Positions 33,684-52,900 of a stretch of 64,000 nucleotides of DNA are shown piece after piece (position 1 is the stretch's first letter; each line of letters starts with the position of its first letter). The notes under the pieces were generated by a model that saw only the letters and a list, made by a program, of their open reading frames with translations, was not told where the DNA came from and did not search any database. The stretch is taken from assembly GCF_009914755.1 (NCBI RefSeq), contig NC_060932.1. One strand, given 5' to 3'. The stretch comes from the human T2T-CHM13v2.0 reference genome, Homo sapiens. Position numbers and translations under genes: made by a program.

Positions 33684-33847
33684 AGTGACTACTTTTAAAG
33701 AATAAAAATTATCTGACGCTATTAAAATTTCTTTCTTCCCCAAGAGATAGAAAACAAACACTATCAGATTCCCTTTTGTAACCTCACAAGAGACTCAAAA
33801 ATATTACTGTCATACTGAAAGATGATATAAAATAGTCAAATAATTCA

Positions 33848-34003
<156 letters not shown>

Positions 34004-35252
34004 TTAAATGAGAGAGAGAAATTAACTTTAATGCCAACATAACCTTCCACCAAAAATGCCCTTGATGTGATTTTTGGAAATAATTGAAAACTTTACTACT
34101 ATACTGGACTTCATATTAATATAAAGTAGTTTCCACAATAATGACCTTATATTTACAAGCAATTTATATGTACTTAATCCAAAAGTACTACTGTAAAATA
34201 AAATAACCCAGAACCATTCTGTCATTTTATAAATAGGTTTTAAAATTCTAATATTTTAGACCAAGAATGTCCACCTCAAAACTTTGCTGAGCTAAACAAT
34301 GACTCAAATACCTAAAAATCATGCCTTTTATGGTGGTATTACAACACAAAAATAAGAATAAGCATTTTGGTGGTTTAGTGTTAATTTTGTTAGGTATCTT
34401 GTCCCTGTCACTCCCCATTCACCAGACTTCACATGAAGTTGGGGAGACTATATAAGTTATTAAACCTAACTCCTTGGTTCTGCACCACATCTCTCTAAAC
34501 CAGTGTTTCTTTTCAACCTTGCTTGTATCATCACCACAGCTAGAGAGACTTTTTAGACATTTATTTTCCTAACCCCACCCCAGCCCCATGAAATTCCAAT
34601 ACCAGAACTATCCTGTCTATCCGTTTATTTATTGTGATGCTTTGGAGGGCCATAAACCATTGTAATACCTAAGATATTTTTGCCCTCCAAGGCAAGTTTC
34701 TTGGAGAGAGAGGCAGTAGCATATAAAGGCTCAATAACATTGGATCAGTCTGATTTGGAGTATACTTCCAATCTCAGTAGATACACTATCTATAAGATAA
34801 AATTAGTATTGTTTGCAGAGCAAGGATAGCTAATGACTGGCAAGTTGTGTGATGCAATATTTACCAAAATTTATCTAAAATGAGTACTTCTTATCAAAAA
34901 TGCATTACCAAATAGACCTATTTCCTACAGACTGTACCCCAAGAAACTATAAGAGAAATGGGAGGTAGAGGGCAGAAAATATGTATCTACTTCCTGGGAA
35001 AACACCAACAGTGATACCAAAAATGTGGAGGTTGAACTATATATTTATCGTTCCCTTTACTCCAAAAGAGATTCAGAGAATTCTTAAGTGGTCTTAAATA
35101 ATCAGTAACATAGGGATTTAATTTGCATTCATCCTTAAATAACTATTATTTTAAATAGCTAAATATTTTAAATTATTGCCTGAAATTTTTTTTAAACCTT
35201 ACATTTTTTCAGTATTAAAAAATCTGTTTATTTAATAATCATAATACCTTAC

Positions 35253-35379
35253 TTACTGAAGCATCAGCTGTTGTAATGTTGTAAGTTTCCAAGGAAAATA
35301 TGACTTCATCCAGAGCCTGAAAGCCTTCCTCAGAGTTAAAGAGAACTTCATGATGTTCACTTCCAATATGATTTGCCAC
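35253..35379 (-). pseudogene. ASNS-like exon 8
   Basis: 127 bp, [40 protein letters not shown]. Confidence 0.92.
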
Positions 35380-36209
35380 CTTATTATATAAATGTCCATT
35401 TACTTGTTAAAGAAAATAACTTCCCTTGAAAATCAAACATGACAAGAGTTCACAAAGCTTTATGAATTAACAACGGTGAAAATTAAACAAGGAAAAAAGG
35501 GAAAAATGATTTTACAGGCCACTACATACAACCCCATCCAGGCCCTGCTTCAACTCCACCACCAGGAAGTAAGTCTCCCCTCAGCTCCTCTGGTGCCAAG
35601 ACTTTAACCATTCTCCCAGTTGGCGCCTCCCTCCCCACCTATTTTACCTAACCCACCTCATCTCTCTCTAGTCCAACATGGTCCCACACTAAGCTTGGTC
35701 TTTTTTGGTCCTTCGGCAATGCCTAATTTTATATCCAGGATGTTATTGCTACATAGAATGGCTCCTCCCCTTATTCTACTTTCCTTGGCTATTTTGGATT
35801 CTCTAAGCATTGCTCACCTTGCATTGAGAGTGCTCTCTAGCTCTTTCTCATCCATGCTACAAAAGTTCTCCATAGTGGGAACAAGGTTTCCTGCTCACTG
35901 AATACAGACAAGCTGCCCTCTGCCCACAGTATTCTAAATACAGCACTTTTTAAAATAATAATAACAGCTAACACTTACTAAGTACTTACTACATACTAAG
36001 TTCTACCCTACTTACTTTACATGAATTATGCCATTTCACCTTAAAACTACCCCACAGAAGACACTATTTTTTTTTTTTACATAAATGAGTAGAGCCAGGC
36101 TTTCAAACCACAATTCAGGCTCCAAAACCTGCAGTCTTCATCACGATACCAAGCCTTTACGTTATTTTTTAAAAAACAAAAAACAAATAAACACATGAAA
36201 AACCTCTTT

Positions 36210-36346
36210 TTTGAATTTTTCAAGATGGGGTCTTGCTATGTTGCCAGGCTGGACTTGAACTCCTGAGCTCAGACCTCCCACTACAGCCTCCCAAGTATCT
36301 GGGACTATAGGTGTGTGCCACTGCACCTGACTTACGCCTTTTCTTT

Positions 36347-36438
<92 letters not shown>

Positions 36439-36660
36439 CTTTCTTTTTTTTTCACAAGGTCTCACTCTGTCATCCAGGCTCCCACAAACCCAAGACTACA
36501 GGTATGCACAACCAAGCCTGGCTAATTTTTGTATTTTTTTGTACAGATGGAGTTTCACTATATTGCTCATGCTGGTTTCAAACTCCTGACCTCAAGTAAT
36601 CCACCTCCCTTGGCCTCCTAAAGTGCTGGGATTACAGGTGTAGTCACCATGCTCAGACAC
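36210..36660 (-). mobile_element. Two partial antisense Alu pieces separated by a (TTTC)n microsatellite (~36340-36452)
   Basis: Alu arm motifs on both sides of a long CT-rich tetranucleotide array. Confidence 0.8.
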
Positions 36661-36890
36661 CTTTACTTTCAAAAGAGCATAATTATCATCATAGGGTCTT
36701 TGTGAGAATTGTATGGGTCATAATAGATAAAAGTACATAGAGGACAATGTACAACACAGGGCATATTCAACAGCCATTTCCTTCCATTTTAATACATTTA
36801 ATTTAAAACAACTGCCCCAGTCAATACAGTAGCAGAAGTAGAGTCATCCATTATTGACTCCACTTTCATTCTAATAACAAGCCTACTCTA

Positions 36891-37076
<186 letters not shown>

Positions 37077-37492
37077 CTAGTTATGTGTCTTGCATAAGAC
37101 AGGGACAGAGGATGTACAATCCTGATAAACACCAAGATAATAGTTTTACCATTTAAAATCCCCAAGTTTTATAAACTGAAATCAACTTCAAGAAGAGAAA
37201 AGTATATAAACTGTGATAATAGTAGTATTTGAATTGGTTAAAAATCACTACACCGAATTCTAAAGAATGTTCACTGGCTCACTTTTACACCAATAATATA
37301 GCTATAGTGTAACTCAAGTTGGAGTATTACTATGACTATTAAATGCAGCTTATAAAAAATTGTTTGCATCCTATAATGAAGGAAAGATTAAATCATATAG
37401 TAAATATTTTATAGTAAAAACCAAAGGGATGGCTGCACATCATTTCAATTAAACATGCACGAAGTATAATTAGGTTTCTTAATTGACTTCAC

Positions 37493-37586
37493 CTGATAAA
37501 AGGCAACCTGTCTATCATCAAACGCCTCTTTATAGCATCATGAAAAAGGATCCGGAGTTTGTTCTTCACAGTTTCTGTCTCAAAAC
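37493..37586 (-). pseudogene. ASNS-like exon 6
   Basis: [26 protein letters not shown]; 8-bp deletion before CLLS. Confidence 0.92.
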
Positions 37587-37847
37587 CTATAAACACGGCA
37601 AATAAATCAAACAGCTCCAGAAAATCTTGGGCTGGATGAGTTATTGAAATAAAATACACAATCATCAACATCTATCATGATGGCATTTACTCAATGCTGG
37701 AGTCTGCCAAATCTTTATGTATTCCCTCCAAACAAAATAGGAAGTAGGTCTTGAAACTAAAATCATTCAATTGATGTGAAAGTACAGCTTATAACTTTTT
37801 CCCTTAGAGAAGGATGGGGAATAGGTGGGTGGGTGGGTGTCTGCTAC

Positions 37848-38033
37848 CTGGAAAGAGTTTCTCCACGTTGTAATAGAGCACGTGTGGGGGTTCATCCCGA
37901 CAGTGATGATATTTAACCATTACCACGGATGCAACTTGGTCATTTGGCTTTAAATCAAAAACTTCATAGTGTCCAGGAAGAAAGGGCTCCACTTTTAAAA
38001 AGGGAGTCTTGAAGTGCTTCAATGTAACAAGAC
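37848..38033 (-). pseudogene. ASNS-like exon 5
   Basis: 186 bp, [30 protein letters not shown]...VEKLFP. Confidence 0.94.
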
Positions 38034-39179
38034 CTACAAATTCAAAATGATACATTTATTCAAATTAGGTAACCCTTCCCAATAACTTTCACGATTAGTT
38101 AACATCCTCTACATTCCTATTTATTTTCCCTTTTTTAAGACAAACACATGTCCATTCAATAAGCAAAATGGGAAAAAAATTTTAATCACCCAAAGCCCAA
38201 CTATCTACTTACCAAAGAGAAAATAATGACACAGGGATATACTGCCAAATTACACTAACTTTTAGTAATTCAAAGCAATAGAAAAATCTCCAGTGTTCAA
38301 TTTCTTCTTAGATAGATTTCTAATCAAGAAAACCTATTTTCTATACTAAAGCAAATATACACAAAAGGAAAAAACACACTTATGAAGCAAAGGGATGAAC
38401 TGGAGTCCTAATGTTATGATAGGCTGGCAGTCATTTATTTGTCATCCCTGAGGTATTTTCAGAAAATAGCCATGGTTCCCAGACCTTTAACAATCACAAT
38501 GATCCATTCTTAGCTACTTTAAAGTCAGATGAGAAGACATCTATCCCTTAACTAGTTGTTATACATATATGTAAATAAAACCATATAATTTAAATTTCCT
38601 CAATTAATTCTCACAGACAGTACCCAACATCACATCACCATGATCTTTGATACAAACATCAATGTTTTATTGTAAATCGTAACAGACTACCTACATGGAA
38701 TACTCGTGATTTACAATTTGAGATTGTCAACCCAGGCAGTAACCTGTGTAACACTGAATTCAAATACCAGGAAAAGGACCCAGATTCCCTCACCAGCTAG
38801 CAGAGCTCAAGTGAGCCACACAGGCCGGGTAGGGAATGGGGAGTAATTAAAAAGTTTTAAGCAGGCAGTACTATAATCAGATGAGTTTATGACAGGTTAT
38901 TCTAAAAGCACTGAGAAAGGAAAATTGTTGCAGTATTTCAGATAAGATCATTTGGTCTGGAAAAGGACAGTGTCAAGGATATAAAAAAGAACAATCAAGG
39001 AATTTCAGAGGGTAAACTGGATGTGATTATAGTTCCATATCAAGTGATCATCAGGCTCAGAGAAGGTACAGGGAGCAGGTGGCTGCTTTTCCTCAGTGTT
39101 CTCTTTGCCAGGCTTGCCCAGCAGTCCTGGCAACTGACAAATATATGATATACATATTCATATACATATACATATATAC

Positions 39180-41870
39180 ACTAAATAATCTTGGCACCCT
39201 TGTCAAAAATCAGTTGATTATTTATGTATAAGTTCATATCTGACTCTGAATTCTATCCCACTGGTCTATACATCTATCCTGCCAGTATTATGCTGTCCTT
39301 ATTACCATTGTCTTGTAGTAAGTTTTAAAGCCGTAAGTATGAGTTCTCCTACTTTGTTCCTCATTTTCAAAAGATTATTTTGGCTATTCTTAGTCCATTG
39401 CAATTCCATATGAATTTGAGAGTCAGCTTGTCGATTTTACAAAAAACTCATCTGGCATTCTGATAGGGATGAAGTTAAATCTGTAGATCAGTTTAGGGAG
39501 GACTGCCATCTTAACAATGTTCAGCCTTCGTCCATGATCATGGGATACTTTTCCATTTATTTAGATCTTCTTTCATTTCTTTCAACAATGTTTTATGGTT
39601 TTCAGAGTACATGTTTTATACTTCTTAAATTGATTTCTAAGTATTTTATTCTTTTTGATACTATGATAAATGAAGTTGCTTTCTTTTTTCTTTTTCTTTT
39701 TTCTTTTTTTTTTTTTTGAGATGGAGTCTCACTCTGTCGCCCAGGCTGGAGTCCAGTGGCAGGATCTCGGCTCACTGCAAGCTCTGCCTCCCAGGTTCAT
39801 GCCATTCTCCTGCCTCAGCCTCCTGAGTAGCTGGGACTACAGGTGCCCGCCACAACACCCGGCTAATTTTTTGTATTTTTAGTAGAGACAGGGTTTCACC
39901 GTGTTAGCCAGGAAGGTCTAGATCTCCTGACCTCATGATCCACCCTCCTCAGCCTCCCAAAGTGCTGGGATTACAGGCATGAGCCACTGCACCTGGCCAT
40001 GAAGTTGCTTTCTTAATTTCATTTTCAGATTGCTCATTGCAAGTATGTAGTACTCAGTTAAAGTGTGTCAAATACCACTGATTTTTGTATATTGATTTTG
40101 TATTCTGCAACCCTGATGAACACAAGGGATTTGTACCTAGAATACATAAGGAACTATTACAGTTCAGTAATAAAAAGACAAAATAACCCAATTAGGGATT
40201 GATAATTCAAGAATGGATAAACAAACTGCAGTACATGCCAACAAATGGAATATCATTCAGCAATTTAAAAAATGAGCTATCAAGCCATGAAAAAACACAG
40301 AAGAACCCTAAGTGTATACTGCTAGGTGAAACAAGCCAGTCTGAAAAGGCTCCATACTATGTGACTACAACTATTATATGACATTCTGGGAAAAGCAAAA
40401 TTAGAAAAGTAAAAAGATCAGTAATGACTGGGGGTTTAGGAGGAAGAGGGAGAAGAATGAATCAGTGGAGCACAGGAGATTTTTAGGGCAATGAAACTGT
40501 TCTACATAATACTTTAATGGTGGGTACATGACATTATACATTTGTCAAATCCAAAATTCTATAAAACACATAGAGTGAACCCTAATGTAAACTATGAACT
40601 TCAGTTAATATATAAGTATTAGTTCATCAAATATAATAAATGTAACAGAGTAATGCAAGATGTTAAGAGTTGGGAAAATTGGGCAGGGGCACTGTAGCGG
40701 AAGCATATGTGAACTCTCTGCACTTTTCTCTCAATTTTTTCTAAAACGGCCCTAAAAAAATAAAGTCTATTATGTTTCCAAAATAAAATGATCCCTAGCA
40801 GGAAAAAAAAATGGCAAAGGATCTGAAGAAATATTTCTCCAAAGAAGTTATACAAATGGCCAATAAGCATGAGATAAGATGCTGGACATCATTGTAAACA
40901 GGAAAATCAAATCAAAACCACAATGAGATACCACTTCACACACATTAGAAAGGCTAGAATTAAAAAGTGACACAGTAAGTGTTTGTGAAGATGTAGAGAA
41001 ACTGAAATTTTAATAAACTGCTGGAGGGAATAAAAAATAATGTAGCCATTTCAAAAGTAGTCTGGCAGTTCCTCAATTATACATAGTTATCATGTGTCCC
41101 AGCAATTCTACTACTAGATATACATCCAAGGGAAATGTCTACACAAAAACTTGTACACGAATGTTTATAGCAGCATTATTCGTAATAGCCAAAAGGGGTA
41201 AACAATGTCCTCAATATCCATCAACTGTCAAGTGGATAAACAAAATCCAGTGTATCCATGTAGTGGAATATCATTTGGCCATAAAGTAAGTACTGATACA
41301 TGTCACCGCATAGACAAATTTTGAAAGCATTATGCCAAGTGAAAGAATCCAGTCACAAAAGCCCATATGATATATAATCCCATTTATATGAAACATACAG
41401 AATAGGGAATCCAGAGGCAGAAAGATTGGTGATTGCCAGGGCTACAACTTCGGGAGTGCAGATGATGGATAGAGAGAGATGGAATTGAAAGCTAAAGGGC
41501 ACAGGAGGCAGGGAGTTCTGGTGAGTGCCTGCACTCCTAGCTACTAGGCAGGCTGAGGTGGGAGGATTGATTGAGCCCAAAATTTCAAGTCTGCACTAAG
41601 CTATGATCACACCACTGCACTGCAGCCTGGGCTGGGCAACTGAGCAAGACACCATCTCAAAAAAAATAATAATAATAAAAAAAAAACCCTGGTTGACTCT
41701 TCCAGTAAAAAATAAGGTAAAGGGCATAGGATTTGGTGGAAAAACAATTCTAAAATTGATTGGAGTGTTGGTTACCAACATCTGTAAATATACTAAAATC
41801 CACTGAACTGTATACTTCAAGTGAGTGAATTATACATGGTATGTGAATTACCAATAAAGCTGTTTTTGAA
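39180..41870. mobile_element. Cluster of old L1M fragments (both orientations) with embedded Alus
   Basis: Degenerate ORF2 and 3'UTR motifs (KTCTRMFIAALF, caaatcaaaaccacaatgagataccact). Confidence 0.7.
39686..39998 (-). mobile_element. AluY
   Basis: TSD atgaagttgctttctt at 39670-39685 and 39999-40014. Confidence 0.92.
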
Positions 41871-42241
41871 ATCCTAATATTTGCTGTGCTATAACTTCAG
41901 CAAAGTACTGCAGTGCAATAATTGCAGAGCCAACCCTTCCATTACAGTATGGCACAGGAAAACTTAAAACAGCACTTAGGATCAAGCTAGATGCAGAGCA
42001 TCTATTAGCACAGCAAAAAATAAATGATTGCACTAAAAACTCATCCTTCAAGGATTACAGAATTGAAGTGCTGAAAAGGAGAGTACAACTCCTCTGTTAT
42101 TTTTAAAAAAGGTAAAGACTCATAACTTAATTAGTTACTGGTAAGCTTCTGGATTGCTCTCTAAGAGATTTTCAAATATAATTTAAAAGAAAACACACAA
42201 CCAAGATAATAATGAAAATCTATAGAAGAATTTATTATTAC

Positions 42242-42480
42242 CTTTAGCTTCTGAACATACAGCCAAAAATCCCCGTCTTCTGTCATTGCTTTAAACAAAG
42301 GTCTGAATCCTTATGTATCTCTGCCCAGGAACACTTTCTTATTGGCAGTATCCAGAAAAAAATTGCAAACACACCATCCAACACACAAATTGTTTGCTCA
42401 TTTCCTCCTTTGTCATAAAGATGAAAAATTATCTCACCATCCATTTTGGTCTGATATTCAAATTCAAAATGCTGTTGTAC
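42242..42480 (-). pseudogene. ASNS-like exon 4
   Basis: [26 protein letters not shown]...AVCSEAK; -1 and +2 indels and a TAA. Confidence 0.93.
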
Positions 42481-42825
42481 CTTAAGAACCACTAGCAAAA
42501 CCAAAATATTACACTCCTTGTACATTCACTAATAATATTTTTATTGCAAAGTTGCTTCAGTATTTCTGAGCTCTATAATCATTTCATGCACTTTGGTGAT
42601 TTAGGAGAATCATAGCAATATCAAACTAGGATTTGCTTCAACTCATAATTCTGCAAATTCTGTTCAACATAAAGCTGAACCCATGAAAATTGTAGTTGCA
42701 GTCTGATAAACAGAATATAATGGGAACGTATCAGAACCTGTAACCTGTAAATGTAACCTGTGGAAGAATGGAAATGCATATAATACACATACTATACATG
42801 TAATACATATATGTTTATGTATATG

Positions 42826-47067
<4,242 letters not shown>

Positions 47068-49029
47068 AAATTTAAGTTAAGACAATATGTTGCCTGGTTG
47101 CCATGACACTAAAAAACATGACTTCTGCAACTGTAAACTTTTGGTTTGAGAAAATAGTATTGGCTAAGAAGTTTCTCCAGTTCAGCTTTGAAGACCTAGC
47201 TATAAAAATGTAAAGCAAAGGGACAAACATCATTTGGCATCATTCCCTGAAAAATAAATAGCTCCATCAAAATAAAAGATACATGATCCAAAACAAAGCT
47301 GCTGGTCCCCAGAGGTGGATGACAACACCCAGTGCTTCCACCAATGCAGTAGCATTAAAGCTACGCCTCACTGACAGATAAAATGATGGTGGTGCTTTAT
47401 TAGTCAGCATGCCCCAAAGGGACAGCAAAGGGACTGCCACTGCATGCAGAGTAAGAAGGTTTGATTAGGCTACTCCCCAATTCTGACACTCTCCACCATC
47501 ACTGGCAAACTATGAGGACAAAAAGGTCCTTGATGTATTCCTCTTTGTATATTGTACATTTCTGGCTGACACTAGAGAAAGAAGAGGTTTAAAACAGGTG
47601 GAAGTCCTAGATAAGTTTAAAACATGTTTTTGAATTTCAAAAAGTAAACCTATTGTTTATTGCATGACCCGTAAATACACTTCACACTCCATCCAGCTCA
47701 CTCCATAATTTGTGAAACTTTTGTCTATAAGCCCTCACTGAACTGTCCAAAAATGGGCTTTGTCTGCAGCGACTATAAAGCCACTACCTGGTCACCCCTC
47801 TCTGCTGTATGAGGAATGATCCTATAACTAGCAGTTGGGGTCTGGAAACAATCTTCTGCTGACTGTTCTGGGCTAAACTGCCTGAAGCATAAGTGACCAT
47901 CAAGCATTTGGTGATATTAGCAAGCAACAGCTTCCCAAATCTACCTTGCCCATCTCTTTGGCCTAATCTTTGCAAGTAATTTATTTTAAAAAGAGAAGGG
48001 TCCTTTGAGTAATGGATGTATCATGTCCTACTCTCTTAAACCAAACTCCAATGCTGCATCTTAGATAGGAGCCCTCTAATCTTGCTTCCTGAAGTGATGC
48101 TGTCATTTGACTTGGCTGCAGGCCCCTGATACTCCCCTGCAGGGAGAGGGCCTGCTCTTTGCCCCAGCCTTTACCCCATTCCTCCTTTCTTTCATTCAGT
48201 CTCCCTCCACTCCCAGCACACCTCTGGCTGTATTTTATTGTGGTGGTAAACTTTATTTTTATCAAAAAGGTGGTGGGGGGATTTTTGAGCTTATGTTGCA
48301 GAATACTTTATATAAGCCTAAAATATACATTTTGCTAATTAGACAGATTTCTAGCTTCCCCAAGTACACAATCTTAGATGCTTGGTAGAAGCAATGGAAC
48401 GAACTTCTCTACTTTTACAAATATAACATTTGACGAATTTAGAATAGAAATTAATTATTTTCAAAATATTTAACTTCTTATAACTTTTTAACAAAAGAAA
48501 CAACACTGTTCAAGTAAAACAGGGCACTTCCTATTTCATTTAAGGGAAAGCCAAGCTGATAATGCCATAATACCACCTAGCATTCTCTTGTATATGACAC
48601 TGACTTGACTTAGAAAGAAAAAAAATTTTCTTACTTTCTCCTTCTATTTTCCACTAGCAGGAAATTCCATTCTTGCCTTTCCTTTTCACCATTTCATCTC
48701 CAATCACCTAGAAAAATGATGTCTAGTGCATGGCAGGCTCTTAATAAGGAATAAAGAAATGTGTGAATGAAATTTCATGAATATTTTAACTTTTTAAATG
48801 AGACTATTATTAAGAGTGATCCTATGAGCAGGCAACAATGACAAAAGCTATTGTTTGAGATAAAAATGTCCAAAACTTGGTTAGAATATAAATCTCTATC
48901 AATGCATGACAGGTATGTATCAAGAAGTCTCAAAAAATACCATGAAACATCACAACCAAATGCATGAAACTTGAATGACATCTGGCTCAAAACAAACAAA
49001 AACCAGCTATAAAGATAATCCTGGTAGCA

Positions 49030-49340
<311 letters not shown>

Positions 49341-49613
49341 TTATGGATTCTTAGGTTTAATAAGGGTATTGATGTTATGTAGAAGAATGTCCTTATTCTT
49401 AGGAGATAAATGCTTATATATTTAGGAGTAAGTGTCATAATATCTGCACCATAGTCTCAAATGATTCAGCAAAAAAGATGTGTGTGCATGTAGGGGGGTG
49501 GGGTAGAAAGAAAAATCAAGCAAATATGACAAAACATTAATGAGTATTCAATCTGGGTGCTTCTGTTATTTTCTGTATGTTAGAATTTTTTTCAAAATGA
49601 AAATCTGGGGAGA

Positions 49614-49910
49614 GGCCGGGCGCGGTGGCTCACGCCTGTAATCCCAGCACTTTGGGAGGCCGAGGCGGGTGGATCATGAGGTCAGGAGATCGAGACCATC
49701 CTGGCTAACACGGTGAAACCCCCGTCTCTACTAAAAATACAAAAAAGTTAGCCGGGCGAGGTGGCAGGCACCTGTAGTCCCAGCTAGTCAGGAGGGTGAG
49801 GCAGGAGAATGGCGTGAACCCTGGGGGGCAGAGCATGCGGTGAGCCGAGATCGCGCCACTGCACTCCAGCCTGGGTGACAGCGAGACTCCGTCTCAAAAA
49901 AAAAAAAAAA
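49614..49910 (+). mobile_element. Young AluY (CpG-rich)
   Basis: ggccgggcgcggtggctcacgcc...; TSD aaa(a/g)tctggggaga. Confidence 0.94.
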
Positions 49911-49952
49911 AAAGTCTGGGGAGAAAGAGAAAAAATCCTAAGAGTTAAGAGT

Positions 49953-52900
49953 TGGAGGCTGGCATGATGGCTGAATAGGAAGAGCTCTGGTCTGCAGCTC
50001 CCAGCGAGGTTGACGCAGAAGGTGGGTGATTTTTGCATTTCCAACTGAGATACCTGGTTCATCTCATTGGGACTGGTTGGACAATGGGTGCAGCCCATGG
50101 AGGGAGAGCTGAAGCAGGGTGGAGTGTTGCCTCACCTGGGAAGGGCAAGGGGTTAGGGAATTTTCTCCTCTACCCAAGAGAAGCCGTAAGGGACTGAGCC
50201 TGAGGAACTCTGGCACAGACACTGCAGTTGTCCCATGGTCTTCGCAACCTGCAAACCGGGAGGTTTCCTCCTGTTCCTACCCCACAAGCGCCCTGGGTTT
50301 CAAGCTGGGCAGCCATTTGGGCAGACACCAAATTAGCTGCAGGAGTTCTTTTTTTCCATACCCCAGTGGCGCCTGGAATGCCAGTGAGACAGAAACGTTC
50401 ACTCCCCTGGAAAGGGGTGCTGAAGCCAGGAAGCCAAGTGGTCTGGCTTGGCAGGTCCCACTCCCATGGACCCCAGCAAACTAGCTTGAAATTCTTGCTA
50501 CCAGCACAGCAGCAGTCTGAGATCCACCCAGGAACTTCCAGGTTGATGCAGGGAGGGGCATCTGCCATTGCTGAGCCTTGAGTAGGCGGTTTTACCCTCA
50601 GAGTGTAAACAAAGCTGCTGAGAAGTTCAAACTGGGCAGAGCCCACAGCAGCTCAGCAAGGCTGCTGTGCCCAGACTGCCAGATTTCTCCTCCAGTCAAG
50701 GCATCTCTGAAAAAAAGGCAGCAGCCCCAGTCAGGGACTTATAGTTAAAACTGCCGTCTCCCTGGGACAGAGCACCTGGGGAAAGGGGTGGCTGTGGGTG
50801 AAGCTTCAGCAGATTTAAACATCCCTGTCTGACAGCTCTGATGAGAGCAGTGGACCTCACAACACAGCAGTTGATCTCTGCTAGGGGTCAGATTGCTTCT
50901 GCAAGTTGGTCCCTGACCCGTGTGTATCCTGACTGAAAGACACCTCCCAGTAGGGGTTGACAGACATCTCATACAGGAGACCTCTGCTGGCATCTGGCAG
51001 GTGCCCCTCTGGGATAAAGCTTCCAGAGAAAAGATCAGGCAGCAATCTTTGCTGTTCTGCAGCCTCCACTGGTAATACCCAGGCAAACAGGGTCAGGATT
51101 GGACCTCCAGCAAACTCCAGCAGACCAGCAGCAGAGGGGCCTGTCAGAAGGAAAACTAACAAACAGAAAGGAATAGCACATGCACTCAAAGACCCCATCC
51201 GAAGGTCACCAACATCAAAGACCAAAGGTACATAAATCTACAAAGATGGGGAGAAACCAGCACAATAAAAGCTGAAAATTCCAGAAACCAGAATGCCTCT
51301 TCTCCAACGAAGAATCACAACTCCTCGCCAGCAAGGGAATAAAACCGGACAGATAATGAGTTTGACAAACTGACAGAAGGAGGCTTCAGAAGATGGGTAA
51401 TAACAAACTCCTCTGAGCTAAAGGAGCATGTTCTAACTCAATGCAAGGAAGCTAAGAACCTTGAAAAAAGGTTAGACAAATTACTAACTACAACAACCAG
51501 TGTAGAGCAGAACATAAATGACCTGATGGAGCTGAAAAACAGCACAAGAACTTCGTGAAGCATACACAAGTACCAATAGCCAAATCGATCAAGTAGAAGT
51601 AAGGATATCCGTGATTGAAGATCAAGTTAATGAAATAAAGACAGAAGACAAGATTAGAGAAAAAAGAACAAAAGGGAACAAACAAAGCCTTCAAGAAATA
51701 TGGGACTATGGGAAAGACAAAATCTACGTTTGATTGGTATACCTGAAAGTGAAGAGAAGAATGGAACCAAGTTGGAAAACACTCTTCAGGAGATTATCCA
51801 GGAGAACTTCCCAACCAAGCAAGACAGGCCAACATTCAAATTCAGGAAATAGACAGAATACCACAAAGATACTCCTCAAGAAGAGCAACCTCAAGACACA
51901 TAATTGTCAGATTCACCAAGGTTGAAATGAAGGAAAAAAATGTTAAGGGCAGCCAGAGAGAAAGGTCGGGTTACCCATAAAAGGAATCCCATTAGACTAA
52001 CAGTGGATCTCTCTGCAGAAACCCTACAAGCCAGAAGAGACTGGGGGCCAATATTAAGAGACAAGAAGTGCATTATATAATGGTGATGGGATCAACGCAG
52101 TAAGAAGAGCTAACAATCCTAAATATATATGCATCCAATACAGGAGCACCCAGATTCATAAAGCAAGTTCTTAAGAGACCTACAAAGAGACTTAGACTCC
52201 CACACAATAATAGTGGGAGACTTTAACACCCCACTGTCAATATTCTACAGATCTATAAGACAGAAACTTAACAAGATTATTCAGGACTTGAACTCAGCAC
52301 TGGACCAGGCAGACCTAATAGACATCTATAGAACTCTCCACCCCAAATCAAAAGAATATACATTCTTTTCAGCACCTCATCACATTTATTCTAATATTGA
52401 CCACATAATTGAAAGTAAAATATTCCTCAGCAAATGTAAAAGAATGGAAATCATAACAAAAAGTCTCTCAGACCACAGTGCAATCAAATTAGAAATCAGG
52501 GTTAAGAAACTCACTCAAAACCACACAACTACTGGAAACTGAACAACCTGCTACTGAATGACTACTGGGTGAATAATGTAATGAAGGCAGCAGTAAGATG
52601 TTCTTTGAAACCAATGAGAACAAAGACACAATGTACCAGAATCTCTGGGACACATTTAAAGCCGGGTGTAGAGGGAAAATTATAGCACTAAATGCCCACA
52701 AGAGAAAGCAGGAAAGATCTAAAATTGACACCCTAACATCAAAATTACAAGAAATAGAGAAACAACAGCAAACAAATTCAAAATCTAGCAGAAGACAAGA
52801 AATAACTAAGATCAGAGCAGAACTGAAGGAGACAGAGTCATGAAAAAATCCTTCAACAAAATCAGTGAATCCAGGAGGTGGTTTTATAAAAAGATCAACA

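Noticed and set aside
36162-36599. Lys/Glu/Arg-rich and Phe/Leu/Ser-rich ORFs
   Set aside because: Translation of a (TTTC)n microsatellite and Alu sequence.
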